DNA of 58,221 nucleotides, counting the filler, from Sphacelaria rigidula (Eukaryota), in NCBI GenBank assembly GCA_964200075.2. It is 7 parts of 7 records of this genome, joined end to end, with 100 filler letters (N's around TTAATTAATTAA, not from the genome) between each part and the next. Parts side by side here need not be neighbours in the genome. Positions count along the whole stretch, not along the records: positions 33,329 to 41,559 come from CAXNAA020011838.1; positions 41,660 to 49,890 come from CAXNAA020011839.1; 5 more parts are not named here. The stretch is one strand, 5' to 3'. Each line of letters starts with the position of its first letter. Positions within the stretch are counted from its first letter, which is position 1. The notes under the pieces were generated by a model, which was not told the origin of the DNA, did no database searches, and saw only the letters and a program-made list of their open reading frames with translations. This document shows positions 35,962 through 47,600 of this stretch, one piece after another. A program made the position numbers and the translations under genes.

Positions 35962-37959
35962 TTACGGCGTTACAGTCCTCGTCACGTCCTGGATCGGCAG
36001 AATGAACACCCTGCCAAACCTTAAATACCGCAGCGAAGCTGGCCATGCCACCTCGTCGATCTCTTGGTTGAAGTTGTCCCCGAAGACCAACTTCTGGAGC
36101 AAGACAGGCCACACTGTACTTTTAATCGGCTGGTTGAAGTTGACACCGAACGTCAACTCCCGTAGCGAGGCAGGCCATGCCACACGCTCAATCGGCTGGT
36201 TGAAGAGGCCCACGAATGTTAACTGCTGCAGCGAGGGAGGCCACATCACATCCTCAATCGGCTGGTTGAACCTCCCCCGGTCCATCAACTCCGTACGCCT
36301 TAACAAATCTTCTACTGGTTCGTGACGGTATTCGCCGAGCGTACGCTGCCGCAGCGAAGCAGACCATGCCACACGCTCGATCGACTTGTTGAAGTTGTCC
36401 CCGAACGTCAACTGCTGCAGCGAGACAGGCCACGCCACACGCTCGATCGACTGGTTGAAGTTGTTCCCGAACGTCAACTGCTGCAGCGAGACAGGCCACG
36501 CCACACGCTCGATCAACTTATTGAAGCTGTTCCCGAACGTCAACTCCTGCAGCGAGACAGGCCACGCCACACGTTCGATCGACTGGTTAAAGTTGTTCCC
36601 GAACGTCAACTGCTGCAGCGAGACAGGCCACGCCACACGCTCGATCGACTTGTTGAAGTTGTTCCCGAACGTCAACTGCTGCAGCGAGACAGGCCACGCC
36701 ACATGCGCGATTGACTGGTTGAACATTCCCCCAAACGTCAACTGCTGCAGCGAGACGGGCCATAGCACACGCTCGATCGACTGGTTAAAGTTGTTCCCGA
36801 ACGTCAACTGCTGCAGCGAGACAGGCCACGACACATGCTTGATCAACCTGTTGAACTTGTTCCCGAACGTCAACTGCTGTAGCGAGACGGGCCACGCCAC
36901 ATGCTCGATCGACTGGTTGAAGCTGGTCCCGAACATCAACTGCTGCAGCGAGACGGGCCACGTTACCCCCTCGATCGGCTGGATGAAGAAGTAGCTCAAC
37001 GCCAAATGGTGCAGCGAGGCAGGCCATGCTACACGCTCGATCGGCTGGTTGAACATCTTACCGAACGCCAGATACTGCAGCGAGGCAGGCCATGCTACAC
37101 GCTCGATCGGCTGGTTAAACGCGTCCCCGAACGTCAGGTGCTGCAGCGAGGCAGGCCATGCTACACCCTCGATCGGCTGGTTGAAGTCGTACCCAAATGT
37201 CAAGTGCTGCAGCGAGGCAGGCCATGCCACACCCTCGATCGGCTGGTTGAAGTAGCCATGAAATGCCAAGTGCTGCAGCGAGGCAGGCCATGCCACACCC
37301 TCGATCGGCTGGTTCAAGTTGCCATGAAATGCCAAGTGCAGCAGCGAGGCAGGCCATGCTACACGCTCGATCGGCTGGTTGAGGTTGGAGTCAAATGCCA
37401 ATAGCCGGAATGGGGCAGACCAGTCCACATTTTTTATCAATTGATCGAAATTACCATATCCAAACGAGCTACGCCCAAACGAGATACGTCTAAGCCGCGT
37501 TGGCCATATCACATCATCAAGATCAGCGTTGAAGTCCCTGTCAAATTCCATAAATTCAACATTGGCCAAAACGTTGGTCTCCCGAGACATGAGCTCGGTA
37601 TCTGCACACGCCATCCATCTAACGCCGCGTGCTCGCAGCGACGGCACTCTGGTCTTATCGACACCGCCATTCATCGGCATCGATAGCTGCTCAGCAGGAG
37701 CCGCCCACAGCCTTCGTGGCGTGTGCCTATCAACTGTCACGCGCAATGTGCTGACGCCGCGGCAAGCTATGCAAAACTTCAGCGACGCCAGCTGCAAGTG
37801 CATCGTGGACATGTATGACCCTCGCTCCGATGAAGCCTCGTTGAGCGCGATGGTGAATGCATCCAGGCACAAACTGCCACCTGAATCAAGAGGGTAGGAA
37901 AGACGATTACCTGGATTGTACGTAAACACTGCCGAGCACGATACTCTCGCTGGGGTCAA
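35962..37959 (-). CDS. FNIP-repeat (LRR-like) protein, about 22 repeats of 22 aa; probably a large terminal exon starting at 37880
   Basis: Unit FNQPIExVAWPxSLQxLTFGxx is the FNIP repeat; the ORF begins at TTG, first ATG at 37812; a polypyrimidine-CAG acceptor precedes 37880. Confidence 0.88.
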   Translation of the reverse strand: MTPARVSCSAVFTYNPGNRLSYPLDSGGSLCLDAFTIALNEASSERGSYMSTMHLQLASLKFCIACRGVSTLRVTVDRHTPRRLWAAPAEQLSMPMNGGVDKTRVPSLRARGVRWMACADTELMSRETNVLANVEFMEFDRDFNADLDDVIWPTRLRRISFGRSSFGYGNFDQLIKNVDWSAPFRLLAFDSNLNQPIERVAWPASLLHLAFHGNLNQPIEGVAWPASLQHLAFHGYFNQPIEGVAWPASLQHLTFGYDFNQPIEGVAWPASLQHLTFGDAFNQPIERVAWPASLQYLAFGKMFNQPIERVAWPASLHHLALSYFFIQPIEGVTWPVSLQQLMFGTSFNQSIEHVAWPVSLQQLTFGNKFNRLIKHVSWPVSLQQLTFGNNFNQSIERVLWPVSLQQLTFGGMFNQSIAHVAWPVSLQQLTFGNNFNKSIERVAWPVSLQQLTFGNNFNQSIERVAWPVSLQELTFGNSFNKLIERVAWPVSLQQLTFGNNFNQSIERVAWPVSLQQLTFGDNFNKSIERVAWSASLRQRTLGEYRHEPVEDLLRRTELMDRGRFNQPIEDVMWPPSLQQLTFVGLFNQPIERVAWPASLRELTFGVNFNQPIKSTVWPVLLQKLVFGDNFNQEIDEVAWPASLRYLRFGRVFILPIQDVTRTVTP

Positions 37960-38641
37960 GATATTTCAAAATCAAAATGGCTGAACATTGACAGGATCGA
38001 ACAGTGTTCAAGGTTGTGTTCTATAGGGTACGGGTATGCTGGGTAGGGTATGGGACTTCATGAACTCACAGAACTGCCGGGTATCGGTATAGAAGTCAAG
38101 TCTTGAAGATTTTACAGAACCTGTCGAGTACCGTGTTGATGCCACACAGAAACCCTCACCCAGGTTAACAGTTAGAATTGATCGTACAGAACTGTCAGGT
38201 ATGGCATGGGAGGCATGCATAATTGACGATCGTCGAGCTGAACTATAAGTGCATGTGTACTTGGATTAATTCGGGTACATGCGGTGCAGATTGATGAAGC
38301 ATCATGGGTATCGGATCGCGTACGTTGACGGATTATGTTATGACCGGGTGTGGGAACAATTGAGGGAACCCATATGCAGTCCTTTCTACCGTAGTCTGTT
38401 GTGTTTTAGGGTGCATTTTGGTCAGTGCGTTTTGGGTTGGAGAGAGCAGCTCGGGTGGGGCGTGCACGGTTGATGTATGGTGAGTGAAGGTTATAAGAGG
38501 TTAATACAAGAAGGTACACACATTCCCCTGCCCAGAGCGCGTCCCCTACGGGATCATCCCTTTATCAAATACGCTAGCGAGTTTGAAACGGGTAGACAGC
38601 AGCCGGAGTAGCAGGGAAGTAAGAGGCGACTTTGAGCAATA

Positions 38642-38965
38642 TTCAGCAGCACTTGATAGCGCTTGAGCCTTCAAAGAGAGTCGCGCAGTTAGCGTTTGTT
38701 ACGGTCAGAGGCAAGATTCAGCAGCACTTTATAGCGCTTGAGCCTTCAAGAAGAGTCATGCAGTAGGCGTTTGTCACGGTTAGGCAAAATTCAGCAGCAC
38801 TTTACAGCGCTTGAGCCTTCAAACAGAGTCACGCAGTAAGCGCTTGTCACGGTCAGAGGCGAAATTCAGCAGCACTTCGTAGCGCTTGAGCCTTCAAAGA
38901 GACTTACGCAGTTAGCGTTTGTTACAGTTCGAACAATAGAGCAGCATTTGATTGCGCTTGAGTCA
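38642..38965. repeat. Tandem array, ~75-bp unit, about 4.3 copies, upstream of the Copia gag-like start
   Basis: TTCAGCAGCACTT...AGCGCTTGAGCCTTCAA starting at about 38642, 38717, 38790, 38865 and partially 38941. Confidence 0.9.
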
Positions 38966-39058
38966 ACGAGGAAGTGAGTCAACAAGTGAGAGGTCAAGAA
39001 GAGTTTGAGACAAACAATTCAACAACAAGTAACGGCAGTAGATAAGAAAAGTCGATCC

Positions 39059-39783
39059 ATGGCTAACATGAAGTACAGTACCGAAGAGTTAACGGAAAAG
39101 CTCAGGCATATGGAGGTAGAGAAGACCTAAAAACTACGAATCATGGAAGAAAAACAGGCAGAGCTTATGCAGGCAGCAAAACGCGATGCTACTGCAGAGT
39201 ACGGAAGAGATGGGAGTATGCATTTGTGAAAGTGTTGAAGCACCTCAATGAGACGAAGGGTTTTGGATTTACGTTCGAGAAATGTCACGATAGGCTTTCA
39301 GTTTTCTGCGATACAGATTACGCGAAGAAGGAAACGGATAGGCGCTCGGTATCAGGGTGACCGTGATGTACGGTGGTGTGGTTGTGTCGGCAACGACTCG
39401 CACGCAACACAGCGTAACTCTGTCGACTACGGAAGCAGAGAATGTTGCGATGGCCGAGGGGGCAAAGGAGGGATCGTTTGTGAAGGCAGTGCTGACGTTC
39501 CTGCGACCGCAGATTGTGTCGGGAAACAGGGAAAACCAAGGTATTGTTTTGTACGAGGATAACGAGGGAGAAAAAGCTCTGGCCGAGAATCCTCAGCTCC
39601 GAAAGAAGTAAGCACATAGACGTGAGATATCACTTCATTCGAGAGCTGGTGGGGACGGGAACGATCAGGGTTGTACATGTAGGCTCAGGATGGCAGCATG
39701 CAGATATTTTGACGAAGCCTCTTTCGATCAGCCTGTTCACGAGGCACGGACGTTTTTTTATGGACTTGGAAGGTGACAAGTAG
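39059..39783 (+). mobile_element. Internally deleted Ty1/Copia remnant (putative gag N-terminus joined to RT C-terminus/RNase H)
   Basis: VLKHLNETK...[50 protein letters not shown] and HADILTKPL are Copia RNase H motifs; frameshifts and stops; no LTR pair identified. Confidence 0.9.
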
Positions 39784-40179
39784 GTACGTTCTTTGTGTGT
39801 ACCATTGTGCTCGTGCCATGTATTTTTAGATGTTCGAGTGATGCATTTATGCGCATTTTGGGTTAAGCCACCCACGCTACTTCGAGGGGCATGGGCTTTG
39901 GAGGGCGTTTCCTGACATGTCGTGTATCTGCCTTGACCGGCGTCCATGGATTATCTAGATGGAGCACAAGCTGTTGAGGAGAGGGGGGTTTTGCCCGGAT
40001 AGCCGTGTTTCCCCCTTGAAAGTTTGTTTTTTTCAAGAGGAAAAGTCACGACGACTGGTGTACGGGTTCAGAGGGGGTGCTCGTGTGAACAGGTACACTG
40101 AGTGAACATGCATACGTGCGGATAGATTGATGCGGACGTGCGGGTACTGGTAGTCGAGTGTGTGTGACTACAGTATCCC

Positions 40180-40206
40180 GCTCATGGCAGCTAGGCTGCC
40201 ATGAGC
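40180..40206. other. Perfect 12-bp hairpin
   Basis: GCTCATGGCAGC-TAG-GCTGCCATGAGC. Confidence 0.85.
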
Positions 40207-40376
40207 CTTCACTCTCAACATCTGATCCCTCAGTCATACGGTCGACTCAGTCTAGGCACTTTCCAATAATACAAAATATACAACTATCTATCCTTCGCCA
40301 CGGGCCACGGAAAACCCCATGCCCCAGGTTTTTATGCAGTCGTACATTTCGGTGCTCAAAATAGTGAGAGTAGTAT

Positions 40377-40560
40377 TGCAAGGGCAGGTCGAGTAGAGTA
40401 TACTCGTACTTCAAGTACTCGAAATGGGCTAGGGTGTTAGGAGTCGTACCCCGAAAATAACTGGCAAGCGACCCCTAACACCCTACCCCAATATGTGTAC
40501 GTAAGAACGACTTTCAAAATACCCCGCAATTGATTATACCCTACTCGACCTGACCTTGTA
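40377..40560. mobile_element. MITE-like element with ~26-bp TIRs and an internal inverted repeat
   Basis: TGCAAGGGCAGGTCGAGTAGAGTATA versus TATACCCTACTCGACCTGACCTTGTA; inner TAGGGTGTTAGG...CCTAACACCCTA. Confidence 0.65.
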
Positions 40561-41659
40561 GCATTGATATTGTACCCAACTCTACGCGAACTTCGAGTAG
40601 AGTATCGAGGTCGTGCCCAACTCTACGAAACATGTGAGTAGAGTATTGACGTCATACCCACCCCGAACAAACTTCAAGCGGACTATTGAGGCCATACCCG
40701 AGTGATATTCCACGCCCCGGACCTCCGAAAATACTTACTCGACCATACGTTGGGTAAAGCAACGAGATAATGCTCGGCGCTACCCAAACCTTCGGCAGAG
40801 TAAATACCTGGGTAGTTAGAGGTGTACAACTATTATACCAGACATATCAGTGGTAACTGACATTTCTATCCATGGTTCCGAAGACCCGTATTGGTGCATC
40901 TGCTGACCCTGCACAAAGCATCAACGCTATGGTCGTTGTATGACCTCTTTGAGTTCTCAGAGCTTCACGCTCTAGACACCAAAAACCACATTGGGCAGTA
41001 CCGTCAGAATTACTGTAGGAATGGAGAGGATCGAGAGTAGTTCGATGCGTGAAACCTCTCCGCACTATACTGCCAGTTGCAAACGTCGAAACGAATCTCG
41101 TTGTCGTGTTTCTTTTTTGTTGAGCTCACAGGCCACGTGTTGATACCACACGCTCTATACCTGAGCGACAGTATAGACCGCGCAGTCAAGTGCAATACAG
41201 GAGGGGGCAGAATAGGAAGCACGCACGACATATACGTGAGATGCATGCTCCAGACTACACTGTTTTACACTTGTACAGACGGCATACTGTAGCACTCTGC
41301 ACCACAGTCTACTCGCTGCGCTCCTGTAGCAGTTTTCGGAACGGTGTGCTCTGCGCTGTCCCTCATCTTTTACTCAGCATCAACCCCCCTATTCAAATAC
41401 ACGCAAGAAGGCGATGGGCGATATTCAAATACACGCAAGAAACCGATGGGCGATCTGTGCTGAAAACCGAAATCTGACAAAAATTCAGAGTAACAACAAA
41501 TTGTGCGAATTGAGGTTCAACTCTGAGATGAGGTTCAAGCCTAAAACAGTGCTTTCCCCNNNNNNNNNNNNNNNNNNNNNNNNNNNNNNNNNNNNNNNNN
41601 NNNTTAATTAATTAANNNNNNNNNNNNNNNNNNNNNNNNNNNNNNNNNNNNNNNNNNNN

Positions 41660-44600
41660 TTCGTTCGGAGAAAGGCCTGTGGCGGCATTAACCGAGTTGT
41701 TGTAGGACAACATGATGTGCGAGAGATGTAGGTCCCAGTCATTTTGGCGGTCATTGACAACCATAGAGAGCATCTGGGCCATGGTGGGATTAACTCTTTC
41801 GGTCCCGCCGTTGCCGTTCGGGTGGTGGGCGCTCGTGGCAATTTTTCGGATGCCTAGGAGCTTGTAAAGCTCATCCAAGAGGTCTGAACAAAATTGCTGA
41901 CCATGGTCTGAAAGTAGTCGCTTCGGGCAGCCGTAGTGCTTAAGGTAATCATGGATCAGTATGTCGGCCGTTCCGGCGGCAGTGAAATCTGCGGCGGTTA
42001 CCGCGTACATGGACGCGTGGCGGCTAAAGCGGTCAGTGAAGAGTAAGAGACAGGTGTTGCCGCGACCTGTGGTCGGGAGAGGGCCGAAGTTGTCAAAGGC
42101 CACAAGGTGACCGGGCTCGTCGGGGAGTCCTATAGAGATCACAGGCCAGCGTACTACTGTCTGTCGTGAGGTTTTTCGGGCTTGGCATTTAAAGCATCGC
42201 CGAATCCAGAAGCGGGTTGAGATTTCCATGCCAACCTACCAGTAGAAGCATCCCAAGAGCGCGAGGATGCGGGTGACGTCAAGGTGGCATGACAAGTCTG
42301 TGTGGCAGCCTTTCATGACCCAGGGGCGCATTAATAATGGCACATATATGCGCGCTGTTTCGTCATTGAGTAGTCGTGCGGTGCGTCCCGTAGTTGGGGC
42401 GGCAATTGCGCCTGTCAGGGGCGTGGGCCGACGGACGAGTAGTTGCACGCCTTCATCCGTAGAATGAAGGATGCCTTTACGCACGAGCTCGTATACGTCA
42501 GAAATGACTGGTGGTGGCAGTGTTCCAACCGGGGCCAGAAGTGTGGACGGAAAAGGGACTGCACAGTCAACTTGTAAGTACCGGATGGCTGCGCGACATA
42601 GCTGTTCTACGTGTTGTTCACGAGCCCAATCGCGGTGAGAGTAGCTGGCGAGACACTCGCGTAGCTGACCTTCTGCTGGCGAGCCGACCAAACATGGTAG
42701 GGCAGGTGGCGGGGGAATAGGCGACGGGGCAGAAATGCCAACGTCAATTTCTGTTCCGGGAGCTGGAGACGAGTCGTCAGATCCGTGCTCGGGGGCAGGG
42801 GATGTTTGCGGCGCCATTACAGGCGGCGGGGTTGTATCAGTGCGCGGCGAGGGTGTTTCGCGGCGCGTGGCGCACGGTGCCGAAGGATTTGCGGAGCTTT
42901 GCGTGTTGGTCCGTGGAACTTGTGCTGGGTGGCTGATAGAGGTTAAAGGTGTTGTTGGTGGCGGCGGGGCACTTGGTGTGATGCGGGCGGCAGACCGGGA
43001 GCGCGTGTTGTCGGAGATAAGGTGGGTGACTGGAGGTGTCTCCGCGAAGAGTTTCGCGCGAGCACCGAAAGTGCGAAAGTCGACAAAATCGGAGGTGGTG
43101 GGCTTTAACCCACCCAAGACGGCGTCATATGGTAGAGGGCGAGGTCCTCCCATATGCATACCGGTTTCCGGGCACTGGAGGTCGAGGGCGTAAACGGGCG
43201 TTGAAAAATGTCTGATCGCGTAAATTCCGGGTTCATCGGGTTCCGTTAAACGGCAAGCCGGGCTGGAATCTGCGGCCGTAGGCGGCAAAGGCAGGCGGGA
43301 AAGAAGATCCGCGTTCCCGTTGGTTTTGTCTGCACGGTGCTTAATGGTATACTGTTATGCTGTTAGAAATTACAACCATCGTTATACACGAGAGTTGTGT
43401 TCACCAACCTTGGCGAGTTGTTCGAGTGTTCCGTGATCTATATAGATCTCGAAGGGCACGTGAAACAGATATTGTCGAAGGCGCTTAATGGCCCAAGTGA
43501 TTACTCCGCCTTCCAGTTCTAGCGGGCTCCAATTGGCCTCGTTAGGCAGGGTAGCGCGGCTGATATAAAGGATGGGTCGGACAGAGCCGTCAACCTAAGG
43601 TTGATTCAAAACTCCTCCAAAAGCATTTGTGCTGGTGTCAGTATGGAGTAAGAAATGGCGGGAGCCATCTTGTACTGCCTCCCAATCAGAAAAACAAAGT
43701 ACGGGCTTTTCGGTAAGCGTCTTGAGTATTTCGCGGGTGATAGTCTCCATTTCTGTGGTGAAAGAAAACACGGCTCCTTTCTTGAGTAGCTCAGTAAGGA
43801 GGCGGCGAATCCGTTTCGATGAATTCGGCAAAACATTTCGGTAGTAGGATAGCCCACCCAACAATGAGCGAAGTTGAGAATTTTGGTTGGCATCGGGAAA
43901 TCAGTCATCGCCTTGACTTTGTTTGCATCCGGATGCAGGCCTGTTGGCGAAATGGAATGCCCCAAGAAATCCAAGTCAGTCGCGCCAAGGCGAGCTTTGG
44001 ATGGAGACAGTTTCAAATCGTGCGTACGCAGGCGAAAGAGAAATTCTCGTAGAGTGCGTATATGTGCAATAGGTGAGGCATCGAAAGCGATAGCGTCATC
44101 CAATTACATGATGATGTGCTTGAGGCCCTCGGTGACGCGTTGCATTAAGCGTTGAAAGCATCCCGGGGCAGTGGCGGCGCCTTGTGGCAGGCGAAGCCAC
44201 TCATAGAGTCCGGACGAGGTGCAAAAAGCCGTCAGTGGGACTGTGTCAGGGTGTATAGCATTCTGGAAAAATCCAGAAGCGAAGTCGAAAGTGCTGAATA
44301 TTTCGCCTTCGCCTAAGGAGTCAAAGACTTCAATGCGGGGAATCGGAAGTTTACCGACGACAGTGACGCGGTTCAACCGTTGAAAATTCACGGTGATGCG
44401 TATGTTTCCATCCTTTTTGGGGACGACCACAAGTGGCGAGGCCCAAGGAGAGGAGGAATGTTGGATTGGTCCCGGTCCCAAGTACGCATCCAAGATGGCG
44501 TTAACTTTTTTGGTCAGGATTGGGTTGGTACGGTAGGGCCGAGAAAAGATCGGCGAGACACCGGGTTGGAGGGTAACCTCAAAGAGCAATGTTTTTTAAT

Positions 44601-47600
44601 GCCCAAGATCCGTCTTGGATCGGGAAAATCGGTCTTGGTACTGTAGCAGGGCATCACTGAGTTCTTGGGTGACTGCCGGTTCTCAGCCGGGCCCATGAAG
44701 GTCAAAATTGATGTCGCGCATGTGTGGCGGCAGTTGGTTCCACATGTGCAAGAAACTATTCCGAGATTCTGGTGATAAGCGTTGAAGCACGTCAGCAGGA
44801 GGATCGGAGTTTGACTGGGCAGGATCCACGGTGTGGACCTGGGGTGGGGTAGCAGAGGCGAGATCGAAATAGGGTTCATCGGCACAATGTACTGACTCCG
44901 CCGGAGATGTAGTGTTTAGTGCGGCAGGCTCTGTGACGCACGTCTCGAGTGGGATGTGCATCAGGGGAGCAGCGGCGATTCCTAAAACATCGCTGGGTTC
45001 CAAGTTAGCATGTCCCGTAAGAGGGAAGAGTTGTTGTCCCGCGGACACAAAATGTTCTGTGCCGGCTGGTGCGCCAATGCGGGGTAACATTTCGGCAAGA
45101 TAATGCCCCGTAAGTGCTGGCATGCCATTGCGGCGAACTAGTGCAACTTCACGAAGTTGGGGGTCGTCGGAGAGTCTTATACTCACGCTACCGTTATATC
45201 GTAGGTGGTAAGCAGATCCGGTTGCTTGAGGATTCTTCTGATAAGCCAGGGCGCCGTGGAGAGTACCGAAGTGCTCGAGGTTGAATTCTCCACGCGGCGG
45301 GGAATGTGGCGTTAGTGGTGGAAGCGTGCGGTAGATGCGTGTATTAAACCGCATCTAGCTATCTCTGCCCAATAATATGGCATGAGGCATGGTGCTGTCG
45401 GGGACAACGTATGCCCAGACTGCCAGGCTGGTCGATCGAGTGATGTTGTGAAAGAATTGCACACTGAGACGTACGGATTTACGAGTCGTCAGTGGCGCGG
45501 CCGAGTCACCGAAACCGCCCCACACGCCAGGTTTGGTGGTGGTTTCGCAAGCTGCAGTGGCAGCGCCGGTCTGTTTCATGTGTTTCCATGTTGATTCTCG
45601 AATAAACGTTTGCGGGCTGCCGCTGTCCAACAAGGATACGCATTTCGTAGGCGTGATAGCGTTTGGACCGGCATGGATCGCAACGCGAGTAGTGAAAGTG
45701 GTCGGATCGACAGACACTTTACCGCCGACAAGATCCGGACCGTGTTCCGGCAAGGTAAACTGGTCAGGATCAGCGGGGCTGACAGCAAAAACGCACGGCG
45801 GATGATCCGCCGGTGGGTCAGATGTCTCACCAGAGGAGGGAGTGGGCGGTATATTATTTCCAGGTGTGGCACGGTCATTGGCGATCTCGAAAATGATAGT
45901 CTTTGGTTGACAGGGATCACCGTAAAAGGGGGATCCAGGATGTGCGGGGCTGGAGTCGTCGATTGAAGAAGTAGTGCCGTCAGAATCATGTGATTGTGTT
46001 TCTTCCAGGATACTTGATAAAGCCGTCGAGCTCAAAGTCGTCGCATTTTGGAGAGATTGAGGTTGAGGATTTCCGCTCGAAAGAGGTGTACGTACTGATG
46101 CGCGCGCGTCCTTGGGGGCATGCTTACGGGGCTTTCTCTTTCGCCGTGACAAAGGTCGGGGAAGTTCCAAAACATTTGGGGATGAAACCACAACTGCGTC
46201 CAGTTGCGTCGATGGGATCAGCATCGGGACATGACGGAGCGAAACTTGTGGGCTGCTGTCCGTAGGCAAGTTTGGCTGTTGGGGCATAGCCGAAGATATG
46301 TTGGGGCGGTTGTTGATAAAACCGGCCAAAGGTAGGTCTGCGTCTTGAAAATCGCGGGGAAGGAGCCCGATCCAACTAATTGGGAATTACATGATCCGAT
46401 GTGGTCAGGTTCAAATCAGCAACACTTGGGTCAGCTGAAAAAGGCTTGCTGCTACCTGTGCGTGCGGTCGCTGAGGGAAGCCGTTGCCTCAGGGACTGGC
46501 GGTTGGTCTTCCCACACCTCAGACTTATAGCCGGTACTGAAGGACAAAGTTCAGTGCCGGCTGTAGATCTGAGTCGCGGGGTGACACAACTGTTACGCGG
46601 TGTGTGGAAGGATGGAGACGGGGGTCGATTTGAACGACCGTCAGATGCACTCCTGCATAGTGCCGGAAGAGCCGGGCGGACAATCATAGTCACGGGCTCT
46701 GTGGGCTGTGTTGAAAATTGTTTGGAGGTTTGAGACGGGGTCGATATGAACGGCCGTCAGCTAAGCTCCTGGATAGTGCCGGGGCAGTCGAGTCAGCAAT
46801 ATGTGACACGGACTCCACGGGCTGTGTTGAAAACGTCTTCGCTCGTGCTATCGATGGCGTGGAAGACCGAAGGACACCGGCGTCGGCACGTCATGGATCT
46901 AAGCGATCCGACGTGAAGGTACCAGGGTTTCTGGTGTTGGGATCAGAATTTTGTGTCGGTCCTGTCCGCTGGTGTCTATCAGCGGAACGTTTTTTGTCGC
47001 GAGAACTTTTGATCGTTCCGGCGAGGGTTTCCGTGATTGTTGTTGTGTCGGCGACCGCGATTAGAGCTTTTGTTGCCACGTTGGTTCGAATTGTCGCGGT
47101 AATTTCGAGTTGGTGGACGATAATCGCGCATGCGTTTTTTCCATAGGCGCCACGCGGGTTCATTGTCCTGCAATTCAGGGTTCATGAGATCAAAGGCATT
47201 GATGAATGGACTGTCACAGTCGCGCATGCTGTGACCTTGAACACTACAGTTGATGCAACTGTTGGCATGACTGCTGAAGGCATTGCGTCTAGCGGAAGAC
47301 GAAAGAAGTGGGTTCCACAAATGAGGGTCATCGGTTATGAATGCCGTTGTTGAAGTCAAATTAACATCATCCCAAGTTTCCTCGGAAAACGGCCAACCGT
47401 CAAACTCGCGCTGAATGCATCTCTGGTACTCTGAACATGCATTACTGAACCGGCGACTGAGTCGGGGGTACAGGAAGCGGGAGACAAACTCGAATTCCTG
47501 CCGCGAGCCCCTTCGGCATGAGCGGAGGACACAATCGTAGGTTGTGGACGACAGACGTTGAAGGTTTGCCACGTGTGGCAGGTGTTAGATTACTCTCCTG

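Noticed and set aside
36002-37404. Plus-strand repeat ORFs overlapping the FNIP gene
   Set aside because: Antisense shadows of the 66-bp coding repeat.
38642-38965. CRISPR-like array
   Set aside because: The intervening sequences are homologous to each other, there are no cas genes, and the context is eukaryotic; it is a tandem repeat.
42236-45357. APOBEC- or RIP-like hypermutation (three apparent Trp-to-stop changes in the Gypsy pol)
   Set aside because: Other stops appear to derive from Tyr, Gln and Glu codons and frameshifts are frequent; consistent with ordinary decay.
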